In this document: positions 30,845 through 40,115 of the stretch, one piece after another
Position numbering within the stretch: position 1 is the stretch's first letter
Layout: each line of letters begins with the position of its first letter
Source: Myxococcota bacterium
GTDB lineage: Bacteria; Myxococcota_A; UBA9160; UBA4427
Direction of reading: 5' to 3'
Assembly (NCBI GenBank): GCA_965250285.1
Contig: OZ252299.1
Span: forward strand, 1,568,001-1,632,000
Length of the DNA: 64,000 nt
Program-made: the position numbers and the translations under genes
The notes under the pieces: model-generated
Told to the model about the DNA's origin: nothing
The model's input: only the letters and a program-made list of their open reading frames with translations
The model's database searches: none

Positions 30845-31450
30845 ATGCGAGCCTCGCGCCTCGTGAGGCGCTCGAAGTGGATCCGCCGGCGCGTCCGGTG
30901 CCGCCGCCGATCCGCGCTCGTTCGCAGGCGCGGGCGCAGGCATGGAGACAGGCAAAGGCACGCACCGCGCCACGAGGCTCGGGCGCTGCGGCGCGAAGGC
31001 GCCGTCTGGGCGCTGTGCGTGTTCGGCGGAGTCTTGCTTGCGCTTGCGGTCGCGCCCGGGACGGACCCGCGCTCGGCCGGGGCCTGGCGCTGCACGATGC
31101 CGCGCGAGGCCGCGGCCGAGCAGGGCTGGACCCGCGGCGTGACGTGCGGCGCGCTTCCGGGCGGCGGTCGGCCCCTGCGCGGGCCGGTGCGGTGGCTCTT
31201 CGGCCAGCGGGTCGATCTCGCGCGCGCCGACGCGCGGCTACTGCAGGCCCTGCCCGGGATTGGTCCGGCGCGCGCCCGAGCCATCGTCGCCGAGCGCGGG
31301 CGGCGGCCCTTCGAGCGCATCGAAGACCTCGAGCGCGTGCACGGGATCGGGCCGCGCACCGTCGAGCGACTGCGCCCGTATCTGTACATCGACCCGACGA
31401 GGCCCCCTGTGGCGCGCCGCGCGACGGCATTCGAGGGCGGGGAGCGGTAG
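30845..31450 (+). CDS. ComEA-like helix-hairpin-helix DNA-binding protein (start uncertain)
   Basis: TM segment followed by 'LQALPGIGPARARAIV' and 'LERVHGIGPRTVERL'. Confidence 0.75.
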   Translation: MRASRLVRRSKWIRRRVRCRRRSALVRRRGRRHGDRQRHAPRHEARALRREGAVWALCVFGGVLLALAVAPGTDPRSAGAWRCTMPREAAAEQGWTRGVTCGALPGGGRPLRGPVRWLFGQRVDLARADARLLQALPGIGPARARAIVAERGRRPFERIEDLERVHGIGPRTVERLRPYLYIDPTRPPVARRATAFEGGER

Positions 31451-31504
31451 CTTCCCGGGCATGCGGCGCGCGATCCTCCCGCAGCGCTGCCATCCGGAGG
31501 GGGC

Positions 31505-32890
31505 ATGACGGCTCCGACGCCGCGAAGGTCGGCTGCGCCCGAAGGCTGGATCACGCGCATCCGCAATTTCATCGTCGAGGATCTCTGGAACCTCGACGTC
31601 GGTTCGGGGCGCTGGCCCGGGTACGGCCTGCGACTCGTGCAGCTCGCGGTCATGATCGCCGAGGGCTTCGTCCGCGATAAGCTGCTGCTGCGCGCGAGCG
31701 CGCTCACCTACGTCACGACCCTCGCACTGATCCCGCTGCTGGCCGTCATGGTGGGCATCATGCGGCTCGGTCGAGGCGGCGACGAACTGGTCAAAGTCGT
31801 GGTCGACGGCATGACCGCCGTCAGCCCCGAGGCGCGCGAGATCGTGCTCGAGCAGGTGCGCAACGCCGATTTTGCGAGCCTCGGCACCATCGGCGCGACG
31901 ATTCTGCTCGCTACCTCGATCCTCGCGCTGCGCCACCTCGAAACGACGCTGAACGAGATCTGGGGCGTCGAGGACCAGCGCACGTGGGCCCGGCGGCTCA
32001 GCGACTATCTCACCGTGCTCGTGGTTGCACCGCTGCTTACGGGCGTCGCGCTCTCGGTCGCCACGACGATTCAGGGCACCCAGGTCGCAGGCGGCGTCTT
32101 CGACTCGACCACCGTCGCGCAGTTCGAGGCGCTCTGGCTGCGCGCACTGCCCTGGGTCGCGCTGATCACGGCCTTCTCGTTTCTCTACTGGTTCTTCCCG
32201 AACACGCGCGTGACACCGCTCGCAGCGCTTGCTGGCGGCGTCGTCGCCGCCGTGTTGTTCTCGATCGCACGCTACTTCTACGTCGATCTCAACGTCGGCG
32301 TGGCGAAATACAACGCGATCTTCGGCGGCTTCGCCGCCTTGCCGCTGGTGCTGGCCTGGATCTACGTCTGCTGGGCGGTGGTCTTGTTCGGCGCCGAGGT
32401 CGCGTTCGCGGCGCAGAACCTGAAGCACTATCGCCGCGAGGTGCGCGGTCGCGAGCCGGGCATGGCCGAGCGGGAAGCGATCGGCCTGCGCGTCGCGCTC
32501 GCGATCGCACGCGATTTTCGGGGCGGCGCCGGTGCGACGCATGACGACGGGTTGTCCGAGGTGCTCGATCTCCCTGTGCGGGTCGTGCGTGAGCAGGTGC
32601 GCGCGCTGACGGCCGCTGGGCTGCTGGAGCAGACCGTCGACGAGCTGGGCGAGACGGGCGTGCTGCCGGCGCGCCCCCTCTCGAAGATCACGGTGGCCGA
32701 CGTCTTCCACGCGCTGCGCGGCGATCGCGAGAGCGATCCCGACGCCGACGACGGGGCCGATCTCGACGCGTCGGTGCTCGGCAACGACGTGATCGTGCGC
32801 GCCGTCATGCGCGATGTCGACGGCGCCTTCGAGGCCGTCGCGGCGACGCGCTCCCTCGACGATCTGCTGACGGTCGAAGGCCACAGCTGA
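31505..32890 (+). CDS. YihY/BrkB-family membrane protein with C-terminal Rrf2-like wHTH
   Basis: 'ASALTYVTTLALIPLL', 'LNEIWGV', 'YNAIFGGFAALPLVLAWIY..LFGAE', C-terminal 'PARPLSKITVADV'. Confidence 0.85.
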   Translation: MTAPTPRRSAAPEGWITRIRNFIVEDLWNLDVGSGRWPGYGLRLVQLAVMIAEGFVRDKLLLRASALTYVTTLALIPLLAVMVGIMRLGRGGDELVKVVVDGMTAVSPEAREIVLEQVRNADFASLGTIGATILLATSILALRHLETTLNEIWGVEDQRTWARRLSDYLTVLVVAPLLTGVALSVATTIQGTQVAGGVFDSTTVAQFEALWLRALPWVALITAFSFLYWFFPNTRVTPLAALAGGVVAAVLFSIARYFYVDLNVGVAKYNAIFGGFAALPLVLAWIYVCWAVVLFGAEVAFAAQNLKHYRREVRGREPGMAEREAIGLRVALAIARDFRGGAGATHDDGLSEVLDLPVRVVREQVRALTAAGLLEQTVDELGETGVLPARPLSKITVADVFHALRGDRESDPDADDGADLDASVLGNDVIVRAVMRDVDGAFEAVAATRSLDDLLTVEGHS

Positions 32891-33048
32891 GGGCCGCGCG
32901 CCGCTCGGAGCGTTACGGAACCGCTCGGTTGACCCTTCCAGGGGCCGGGGGTAGGGTCGCGGCTCGAACCGACCGCGTGGGTGCGTTCGCCCTCGGATGC
33001 ACGCGCCGCGGTCCTGGGCCGCGCCCGTGCGCGGCGCGCGGATCGCTG

Positions 33049-34212
33049 ATGGGCCGCCTCTCGGAACGCATCTATCTCGACTACAACGCAACGACGCCGC
33101 TGGCGCCCGAGGTGCTCGCGGCGATGACGGAGACCCTCGCCGAAGCCGCAGGCAACCCGTCGAGCACCCATGCCGAGGGCGCCGAAGCGCGCCGTCGCAT
33201 CGAGCGCGCGCGCCGACAGATCGCAGACGCGCTGCGCAGCGGCGCGGCCGAGATCGTGTTCACCGCAGGGGCCACCGAGGCGAACAACATGGTGCACCAC
33301 GCGATGGCCCGAACCGCGGACGAGCCCGGCCACATCGTCGTGACGGCCATCGAGCACCCCTCCGTCATCGAACCCGCCGCCGATCTCGAGCGTGCCGGCT
33401 GGCGGGTGACCCGGCTGCCGGTCGACGAGGGCGGATTGATCGACGTGAGCCAGCTCAGCGATGCCCTCGCGCCCGAAACGCGACTGGTCTCGGTGATCCT
33501 CGCCAACAACGAGACGGGGGTCGTGCAGGACATGTCGGCCGTGCGCGACGCCCTCGCGGGCTCGGATGCGCTGTTGCACGTGGACGCCACGCAGGCCGTC
33601 GGCAAGTGGCCCGTCGACTTCGACGCGCTGGGTGCCGACTATCTCTCGCTATCGGCGCACAAGCTCGGTGGACCGAAAGGCACGGGTTGCCTGATCGTGC
33701 GCGACGGGGCGCCGCTCGAAGCACTGGTGCGCGGGGGACCCCAGGAGAAGCGGCTGCGCGGCGGCACCGAGAACGTCGCGGGCATCGTCGGGCTCGGCGT
33801 CGCCTGCGAGGTGGCTCACCGCGACCTGACGGGGCGCATCAAGCGTTTCGGCGAGCTGCGCGATCGGCTCTGGTCTCGCATCGAGGCCGGTGTGCCCGGC
33901 GCTCGCTGCAATGCACCGCTCGATCGCTGCCTGTCGAACACGCTCAACGTCGAGCTGCCCGGGATCGAAGGCGACGTGCTGCTGCAGGCGCTCGACGTCG
34001 AAGGCGTGGCGGCATCGGCCGGCGCCGCGTGTCATTCGGGCTCGGTGTCGCCTTCGCACGTGCTCGTCGCGATGGGGCGAAGCGCCGAGGAGGCGAGGGC
34101 GAGTCTGCGCTTCTCGGTCGGCGAGGGCACGACGCCCGCGCAAGTCGACCGCGCGGCGGGCCTCGTGCTCGAGATCGTCGAGCGGATGCGCGGAGGCTCG
34201 AACCGTGGCTGA
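33049..34212 (+). CDS. iscS: Cysteine desulfurase (IscS/NifS family)
   Basis: 'YLDYNATTP', 'GNPSS', 'EHPSV', PLP lysine 'SAHKLGGPKG', 'RGGTEN', 'SAGAACHSG'. Confidence 0.92.
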   Translation: MGRLSERIYLDYNATTPLAPEVLAAMTETLAEAAGNPSSTHAEGAEARRRIERARRQIADALRSGAAEIVFTAGATEANNMVHHAMARTADEPGHIVVTAIEHPSVIEPAADLERAGWRVTRLPVDEGGLIDVSQLSDALAPETRLVSVILANNETGVVQDMSAVRDALAGSDALLHVDATQAVGKWPVDFDALGADYLSLSAHKLGGPKGTGCLIVRDGAPLEALVRGGPQEKRLRGGTENVAGIVGLGVACEVAHRDLTGRIKRFGELRDRLWSRIEAGVPGARCNAPLDRCLSNTLNVELPGIEGDVLLQALDVEGVAASAGAACHSGSVSPSHVLVAMGRSAEEARASLRFSVGEGTTPAQVDRAAGLVLEIVERMRGGSNRG

Positions 34213-35302
34213 ACCGGCGCCCGCGCGGGATCGTGTTGTGGTCGCCATGTCGGGCGGCGTCGATTCGTCGCTGGCGGCAGCGCTGATCGTCGAGCGGGGC
34301 GACGAGCCGATCGGTGTGACCATGCACCTGGCAGGCAGCACGTCCCGGTGCTGCAGCCTCGACGACGCCGATGATGCGCGCCGCGTCGCCGAGCGGCTCG
34401 GGATTCGCTTCTACGTCGCGAACTACACCGACGCGTTTCGCGAAGAGGTGATCGAGGCCTTCGCCGATGCCTATCTCGCCGGCCGCACGCCGATTCCGTG
34501 TGTGACGTGCAACAAGCGCTTCAAGTTCGACCTGTTGATGGAGCGCGCGCGCGTATTCGGCGCCGAGCGTGTGGCGACCGGGCACTACGCCCGCGTCGTG
34601 CGCGACGAGACGCTCGGCGAGTGGAGACTGCTGCGACCGCGCGACCGACAGAAGGATCAGACGTACTTCCTCTTTCAACTCGATCAGGCGCAGCTCGCTC
34701 GCATCGAGTTTCCGCTCGGCGAGCTGACGAAGGCCGAGGTGCGGACGCGGGCGCGGGCGCTCGGCCTCGAGACGGCGGAGAAGCCCGAGAGTCAGGAGAT
34801 CTGCTTCGTGCCCGAGGGCCGCTACGACGCGGTCGTGGAGCGGATCCGGCCCGAGGCGGTGACGCCGGAGCGGGCCGCGGGCGAGATCGTCGATGTGCAC
34901 GGCGAGGTGCTCGGCCGCCACGGCGGGGTCCACCACTTCACGGTGGGCCAGCGCCACGGGCTCGGGCTGGCGGTCGGACGCCGGCTCTACGTGACGCGCA
35001 TCGAGGCCGAGGCGCGGCGTGTCGTGGTCGGGGATCTGCCCGACCTCGACGCCAAGGGCATGGTGATCTCGGGACATCACTGGATCTCGAAGCTGGAGCG
35101 GCCCGAGCGCGTGCGCGTGCAGGTGCGTTATCGCCACGAGGCCGTCCGCGCGAGCGTGACCGGCGGCGAAGGCGGGCGGCTCGAGCTGGCCTTCGACGAG
35201 CCGGTGCGCGCCGTTTCGCCGGGGCAGGCTGCCGTGCTCTACGACGAGGCCACGGGCGAGGTCGCGCTCGGCGGGGGTTGGATCGCCGAGGCGGTGTCGT
35301 GA
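34205..35302 (+). CDS. mnmA: tRNA 2-thiouridylase MnmA
   Basis: 'AMSGGVDSS', 'TPIPCVTCN', 'ATGHYA', 'KDQTYFL', 'ESQEICF', 'TVGQR', 'PGQAAVLY'. Confidence 0.96.
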   Translation: MAEPAPARDRVVVAMSGGVDSSLAAALIVERGDEPIGVTMHLAGSTSRCCSLDDADDARRVAERLGIRFYVANYTDAFREEVIEAFADAYLAGRTPIPCVTCNKRFKFDLLMERARVFGAERVATGHYARVVRDETLGEWRLLRPRDRQKDQTYFLFQLDQAQLARIEFPLGELTKAEVRTRARALGLETAEKPESQEICFVPEGRYDAVVERIRPEAVTPERAAGEIVDVHGEVLGRHGGVHHFTVGQRHGLGLAVGRRLYVTRIEAEARRVVVGDLPDLDAKGMVISGHHWISKLERPERVRVQVRYRHEAVRASVTGGEGGRLELAFDEPVRAVSPGQAAVLYDEATGEVALGGGWIAEAVS

Positions 35303-36054
35303 CCGAGCCCGAGGCGGTGTGGCCCGAGCTCGAAGCGCTCGAGGCCGTGCTCGGTCATCGATTCAGTGATCGCGCGCTGCTCGAGCGGGCCCTCTGCCAT
35401 TCTTCGTATGCGAACGAGACCGAGCGCGCTGACAGCAACGAGACGATGGAGTTCCTCGGAGACTCGGTGATCGGCCTGGCGGTGTCGCACATCCTGTTCG
35501 AGGCGAAACCCGAGTGGCGCGAAGGGGAGCTGACACGCGCGCTCCACGGCATCGTCGAGGGGCGCTCACTCGCCGACGCCGCGCGTCGACTCGATCTCGG
35601 GCGTTACCTCCGCCTCGGGCGCACCGAGCGCCAGTCGGGTGGTCACGACAAGGATTCGATCCTCGAGGACGCGATGGAGGCCGTCTTTGCGGCGCTCTAT
35701 CTCGACGACGGGCTCCCGCCGGTCGTGGCGCTCGCACGCAGCCTGTTTGGTGAAGCGCTCTCGGCCGACGCGCCGCGCGTCGAGCGACACCCGAAGATGC
35801 GCTTCAACGAGCGGGTCATGCAGCGGCGCGGGTCGGTCCCAGCCTATCGGTTCATCGCCGACAGTGAGGTCGAAGACGATGCGCGCCGATTCGAGGTCGC
35901 CGTCGACGTCGACGGCGAAGAGGTCGCGCGGGGTTTCGGACGCACGAAGCGCGCGGCCGAACGCGAGGCGGCCGAACGCGCCGACGCACTGCTCTTCGAC
36001 GAGGCCGAAGGCGCGACCGCGGCCGAATCGGTCGATGCCGGAGACGCATCGTGA
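35299..36054 (+). CDS. rnc: Ribonuclease III
   Basis: 'ALCHSSY', 'NETMEFLGDSV', 'EDAMEAVFAALYLD', C-terminal dsRBD 'GRTKRAAEREAA'. Lies upstream of era. Confidence 0.92.
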   Translation: MTEPEAVWPELEALEAVLGHRFSDRALLERALCHSSYANETERADSNETMEFLGDSVIGLAVSHILFEAKPEWREGELTRALHGIVEGRSLADAARRLDLGRYLRLGRTERQSGGHDKDSILEDAMEAVFAALYLDDGLPPVVALARSLFGEALSADAPRVERHPKMRFNERVMQRRGSVPAYRFIADSEVEDDARRFEVAVDVDGEEVARGFGRTKRAAEREAAERADALLFDEAEGATAAESVDAGDAS

Positions 36055-36968
36055 GCGACGAGTCGTTCGATGGTGAGGCGACGCCCGGGCCGCACCGGGC
36101 GGGCTTCGTCGCGATGGTCGGGCCGCCGAACGCGGGCAAGTCGACGCTGCTGAACCGCGTGCTCGGCGAGAAGCTCGCGATCGTCACCGCGAAGCCCCAG
36201 ACCACTCGCAGCCGCATCCTCGGCATTCTGCACCGCGAGGACGCGCAGGTGATGTGGGTCGACACGCCGGGGCTGCACGCATCGACGAAGAAGCTGAACG
36301 TGGCGCTCAACGCAGCGGTCGAAGTCGCCATGAAGGACTGCGACGTCGGCTTGATGCTCGTCGACCAGACGCGTGGCTGCGAGCCGGCTCACGAGGAGCT
36401 CGTCGAGATGGCGCGGTCACATGGGCTGCCGCTCGTCATTGCCGCGACGAAGGGCGACCTGTCGGCGAAGCCCGACGTGATCGACGAGATCATCCGCGTC
36501 ACGGGCTGCGCGCCCGGCGACGTCTACTCGATCTCGGCGCGGACGGGCGAGGGCGTCCGCGCGCTGCTCGACGCCGTGATCGATCGACTGCCCGAATCCC
36601 CGCCGCTCTACGGTCCCGACGAGCTGACCGACAAGCCGCTGCGCTTTCTCTGCGCCGAGCTCGTGCGCGAAGCTGCCTTCGAGGCGCTCGGGCACGAGCT
36701 GCCCTACTCGATGGCCGTCGAGATCATCGCGTTCGACGAGTCGAAGCCCGGCGAGGTCACGATTCACGCGAATCTGTTGGTCGAGCGCAACAGCCAGAAG
36801 CGCATCGTCGTCGGGGCGGGGGGCGCGATGGTGAAGCGCATCGGGACCCGGGCACGACGCGAGATCGAGAAGCTGCTCGATGGGCGCTGTCATCTGAAGC
36901 TCTTCGTGAAGGTCGATCCGCGCTGGTTGAAGAGCGAACGTCGCATCGAGTCGCTGGGCTACGTTTGA
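36051..36968 (+). CDS. era: GTPase Era
   Basis: 'GPPNAGKSTLLN', 'KPQTTR', 'DTPG', 'ELPYS', KH domain 'SQKRIVVGAGG'. Confidence 0.96.
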   Translation: MSDESFDGEATPGPHRAGFVAMVGPPNAGKSTLLNRVLGEKLAIVTAKPQTTRSRILGILHREDAQVMWVDTPGLHASTKKLNVALNAAVEVAMKDCDVGLMLVDQTRGCEPAHEELVEMARSHGLPLVIAATKGDLSAKPDVIDEIIRVTGCAPGDVYSISARTGEGVRALLDAVIDRLPESPPLYGPDELTDKPLRFLCAELVREAAFEALGHELPYSMAVEIIAFDESKPGEVTIHANLLVERNSQKRIVVGAGGAMVKRIGTRARREIEKLLDGRCHLKLFVKVDPRWLKSERRIESLGYV

Positions 36969-37002
36969 GCGCCCGTCCAATGCCTGTGAACAGAGGAGCA
37001 TC

Positions 37003-37956
37003 ATGAGCGGCGAACGCGTGCGCATCAGCGAGGTCGGCCCGCGCGACGGGCTCCAGAACGAGGCAGCGCGCGTGCCGGTCGAGCTCAAGATCGAGCTGAT
37101 CGAGCGCCTCGTGGCGGCCGGCCTGCCCGAGATCGAGGTGAGCTCGTTCGTCTCGCCGAAGTGGATCCCGCAGCTGGCCGATGCCGATGAAGTCGTCGCC
37201 GCGCTGCCGAAGCGCCCGGGCGTGCGCTACGGCGCGCTCGTCCCCAACGAGCAGGGGTACGACCGGTTTCGCGCCTCGGGCCGCCTCGAGGTCGCGGCGC
37301 TCTTCATCTCGACCAGCGAGACGCACAACCGAAAGAACGTGAACCGCAGCGTGGCCGAACACCTCGAGCGGCTTCGTCCCGTGGCCGAGCGCGCACGGGC
37401 CGACGGCGTGCAGGTCCGGGCCTACGCGTCGACGGTCTTCGGCTGTCCGTACGAGGGGCAGGTCGATCCGGCCGCGGTCGTCGATTTGGTGCGTCGCCTC
37501 GACGACATGGGCGCCGACGAGATCGCGCTCGGCGATACGAACGGCGTGGGCGTCCCCCGGCAGGTGAGGTCGCTCGTCGCCCTGCTGCGCGATCACATTC
37601 CGCTCGATCGGCTCGTCCTGCACGTGCACGACACGTGGGGGCGCGGGCTCGCCAACGTCGAGGCCGGGTTCGAAGCGGGCCTGCGCAAGTTCGACAGCTC
37701 GATCGGTGGGCTCGGGGGTTGCCCCTATGCACCGGGTGCCGCAGGGAACGTCGCGACCGAGGATCTGGTGGCGCTCTTCGACGCGGCCGGCGTCGAGACC
37801 GGGATCGATCTCGATGCGCTGGTCGACGTCGCCGCCTGGCTCGAATCGCAGGTCATCGATCGTGCGATCGCGAGCCGCGTGTACCGCGCCACGCTCGGCG
37901 CGCGAGAGCGAGCCGCAGAGCAGACGCAACGAAGCGAGGGAGAGGCCCGTGAGTGA
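37003..37956 (+). CDS. Hydroxymethylglutaryl-CoA lyase
   Basis: 'EVGPRDGLQNE', 'SFVSPKWIPQLAD', 'HVHDT', 'GGLGGCPYAPGAAGNVATED'. Confidence 0.93.
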   Translation: MSGERVRISEVGPRDGLQNEAARVPVELKIELIERLVAAGLPEIEVSSFVSPKWIPQLADADEVVAALPKRPGVRYGALVPNEQGYDRFRASGRLEVAALFISTSETHNRKNVNRSVAEHLERLRPVAERARADGVQVRAYASTVFGCPYEGQVDPAAVVDLVRRLDDMGADEIALGDTNGVGVPRQVRSLVALLRDHIPLDRLVLHVHDTWGRGLANVEAGFEAGLRKFDSSIGGLGGCPYAPGAAGNVATEDLVALFDAAGVETGIDLDALVDVAAWLESQVIDRAIASRVYRATLGARERAAEQTQRSEGEARE

Positions 37957-39478
37957 TGCCAAGGACGTACGCGAGCTGCTCGCGGCGGTCGAGGCCGGGG
38001 GGAAGCCCGCGGCCCACGAGAAGCTCGCTGCGCAGGGCAAGCTCTTCTGTCGTGACCGCATCGCGAAGCTGCTCGACGCGGACTCGTTCGTGGAAGATGC
38101 GGCGCTCGCAAACGTGCGGGCCGGGGATCTCCCGGCCGACGGCGTCGTCACGGGCACGGGTCGCATCGACGGGCGGACCGTCTGCGTGATGGCGAACGAC
38201 TCGACCGTGAAGGCCGGGTCCTGGGGGGCGCGGACGGTCGAGAAGATCATCCGCATCCAGGAGCACGCCGAGCGGCTGCGCTGCCCATTGATCTACCTCG
38301 TCGATTCGGCCGGGGCACGGATCACCGACCAGATCGAGCTGTTCCCGGGCCGACGCGGCGCCGGGCGCATCTTCTTCAACCAGACGCGGCTTTCGGGGAT
38401 GATCCCCCAGGTGTGCCTGCTCTTCGGGCCGTCGGCCGCGGGTGGGGCGTACATCCCTGCCTTCTGTGACGTCGTCTTCATGGTGAACAAGAACGCGAGC
38501 ATGTATCTCGGCTCGCCGCGGATGGCCGAGATGGTCATCGGGCAGGAGGTCACCCTCGAAGAGATGGGCGGCGCGCGGATGCACTGCTCGGTCTCGGGCT
38601 GCGGTGATCTGCTTGCGAAGAATGAAGAAGCGGCGCTCGAGGCGGCGCGCGTCTATCTCTCGTACCTGCCGTCGAACTGCAGCGAGGCGCCGCCCGTGAT
38701 CGAACCCGCGGCCCCCGCATCGGATCCGGCCGAGATCGAGTCGATCATTCCGCAGGAGGAGAACAAGCTCTTCGACGTGCGCCAGGTGATCGAGCGCATC
38801 GTCGATGCAGGGTCGGTGTTCGAGCTGAAGAAGCTCTTCGCCGGCGAGCTGCTGACGTGCTTCGCCCGCATCGATGGGCGCGTCGTGGGCGTCATCGCGA
38901 ACCAGCCGAAGACGAAGGGTGGTGTGCTGATGGTCGACTCGGCCGACAAGGCCGCGCGCTTCATCTGGCTCTGCGATGCGTTCGGGATCCCCCTCGTCTA
39001 CCTCGCGGACGTGCCCGGCTTCATGATCGGCAAGCAGGTCGAGCGGCAGGGCATCATCCGCGCCGGGGCGAAGATGATCATGGCCGTCAGCGAGGCGACC
39101 GTGCCGCGCATCTCGGTGATCCTGCGCAAGGCGTATGGCGCCGGGCTCTACGCGATGAGCGGGCCGGGCTTCGGACCCGATGCGTGTATCGCGTTGCCGA
39201 GCGCGATGATCGCCGTCATGGGCCCCGAGGCCGCGGTCAACGCGGTCTTCTACAACAAGCTCCAGGCGCTCGACGAGGCCGAACGCACCGCCGAGACCGA
39301 GCGGCTGCGTGACGAGTACCGCGAGGATGTCGACCTCATGCGGCTCGCGAGCGAGATGGTCATCGACGCGGTCGTGCCGCCCGAGCGCCTGCGCGCGGAG
39401 CTCGTCGCTCGACTGAGTGCGGCCGAAGGGCGCCGAGACGCACAGCCGCGCAAGTTCCGAAGCGTGACGCCCATGTAA
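37949..39478 (+). CDS. Acyl-CoA carboxylase carboxyltransferase (beta) subunit, methylcrotonyl-CoA carboxylase-like
   Basis: 'DGVVTG', 'DSAGARI', 'AAGGAYIPA', 'DVPGFMIG', 'RKAYGAG', 'AVMGPEAAV'. Confidence 0.9.
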   Translation: MSDAKDVRELLAAVEAGGKPAAHEKLAAQGKLFCRDRIAKLLDADSFVEDAALANVRAGDLPADGVVTGTGRIDGRTVCVMANDSTVKAGSWGARTVEKIIRIQEHAERLRCPLIYLVDSAGARITDQIELFPGRRGAGRIFFNQTRLSGMIPQVCLLFGPSAAGGAYIPAFCDVVFMVNKNASMYLGSPRMAEMVIGQEVTLEEMGGARMHCSVSGCGDLLAKNEEAALEAARVYLSYLPSNCSEAPPVIEPAAPASDPAEIESIIPQEENKLFDVRQVIERIVDAGSVFELKKLFAGELLTCFARIDGRVVGVIANQPKTKGGVLMVDSADKAARFIWLCDAFGIPLVYLADVPGFMIGKQVERQGIIRAGAKMIMAVSEATVPRISVILRKAYGAGLYAMSGPGFGPDACIALPSAMIAVMGPEAAVNAVFYNKLQALDEAERTAETERLRDEYREDVDLMRLASEMVIDAVVPPERLRAELVARLSAAEGRRDAQPRKFRSVTPM

Positions 39479-39544
39479 CGGTGCGTTGGCCCGTCGAGCT
39501 GCTCAGGCTCTGCTGCCCCTCAGCGGCTCCTGAGCCAGTCGCAG

Positions 39545-39576
39545 TTGACGTGAACTGGCAATCTGGACAGATTCCA
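39545..39576 (+). promoter_or_regulatory. Candidate promoter/operator of the merR-icmF unit
   Basis: TTGACG (-35-like) at 39545, followed by the perfect inverted repeat AATCTG-GA-CAGATT (39560-39573). Confidence 0.4.
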
Positions 39577-39659
39577 GGTACTCGTTTGGCGGTCGCACCG
39601 CGTCCAGCGCGTCACGCGGCCGTGCGACGTGGCGCGCATTTCACGTCAGGACCTCCGCG

Positions 39660-40115
39660 ATGCCTTCTCTGACCCTGCCCGCCGAGTCGACGGCTGCGTC
39701 CGACGCCGAGTTCGCGATCGGCGAGCTCTGTGCGCGCACGGGCCTCTCGCCGCGGACCATTCGGTACTACGAAGAGGTCGGCCTGCTCCCCGGCGTCCGT
39801 CGACGCGCGGGCGGTCGGCGGGTGTACGGGAACGACGCGCTCGAGCGGCTGCACTTCATCGGCCGGCTCAAGACGCTCGGCCTGAGCCTGGGCGAGATCA
39901 AAGAGCTGAACGAGCTCTACGCCCTCGCGGGGTCGACCCACGACATGCTGGGTCGACTGCACGGTCTGCTCGGCGAGCACCTGAACGAGTTGGACGAGCG
40001 CATCGATTCGCTCGTCGCTCTGCGCGATGAGATGCGCGGCTATCGCGAGCACGTTGCGCGCCGTCTCGACGAAGGGGAGCCCGCTCCGAAGCGGGCCGAG
40101 GAGGAGAACCCGTGA
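39660..40115 (+). CDS. MerR-family transcriptional regulator (LiuR-like by context)
   Basis: 'IGELCARTGLSPRTIRYYEEVGLL', 'LGLSLGEIKEL', coiled coil. Confidence 0.9.
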   Translation: MPSLTLPAESTAASDAEFAIGELCARTGLSPRTIRYYEEVGLLPGVRRRAGGRRVYGNDALERLHFIGRLKTLGLSLGEIKELNELYALAGSTHDMLGRLHGLLGEHLNELDERIDSLVALRDEMRGYREHVARRLDEGEPAPKRAEEENP

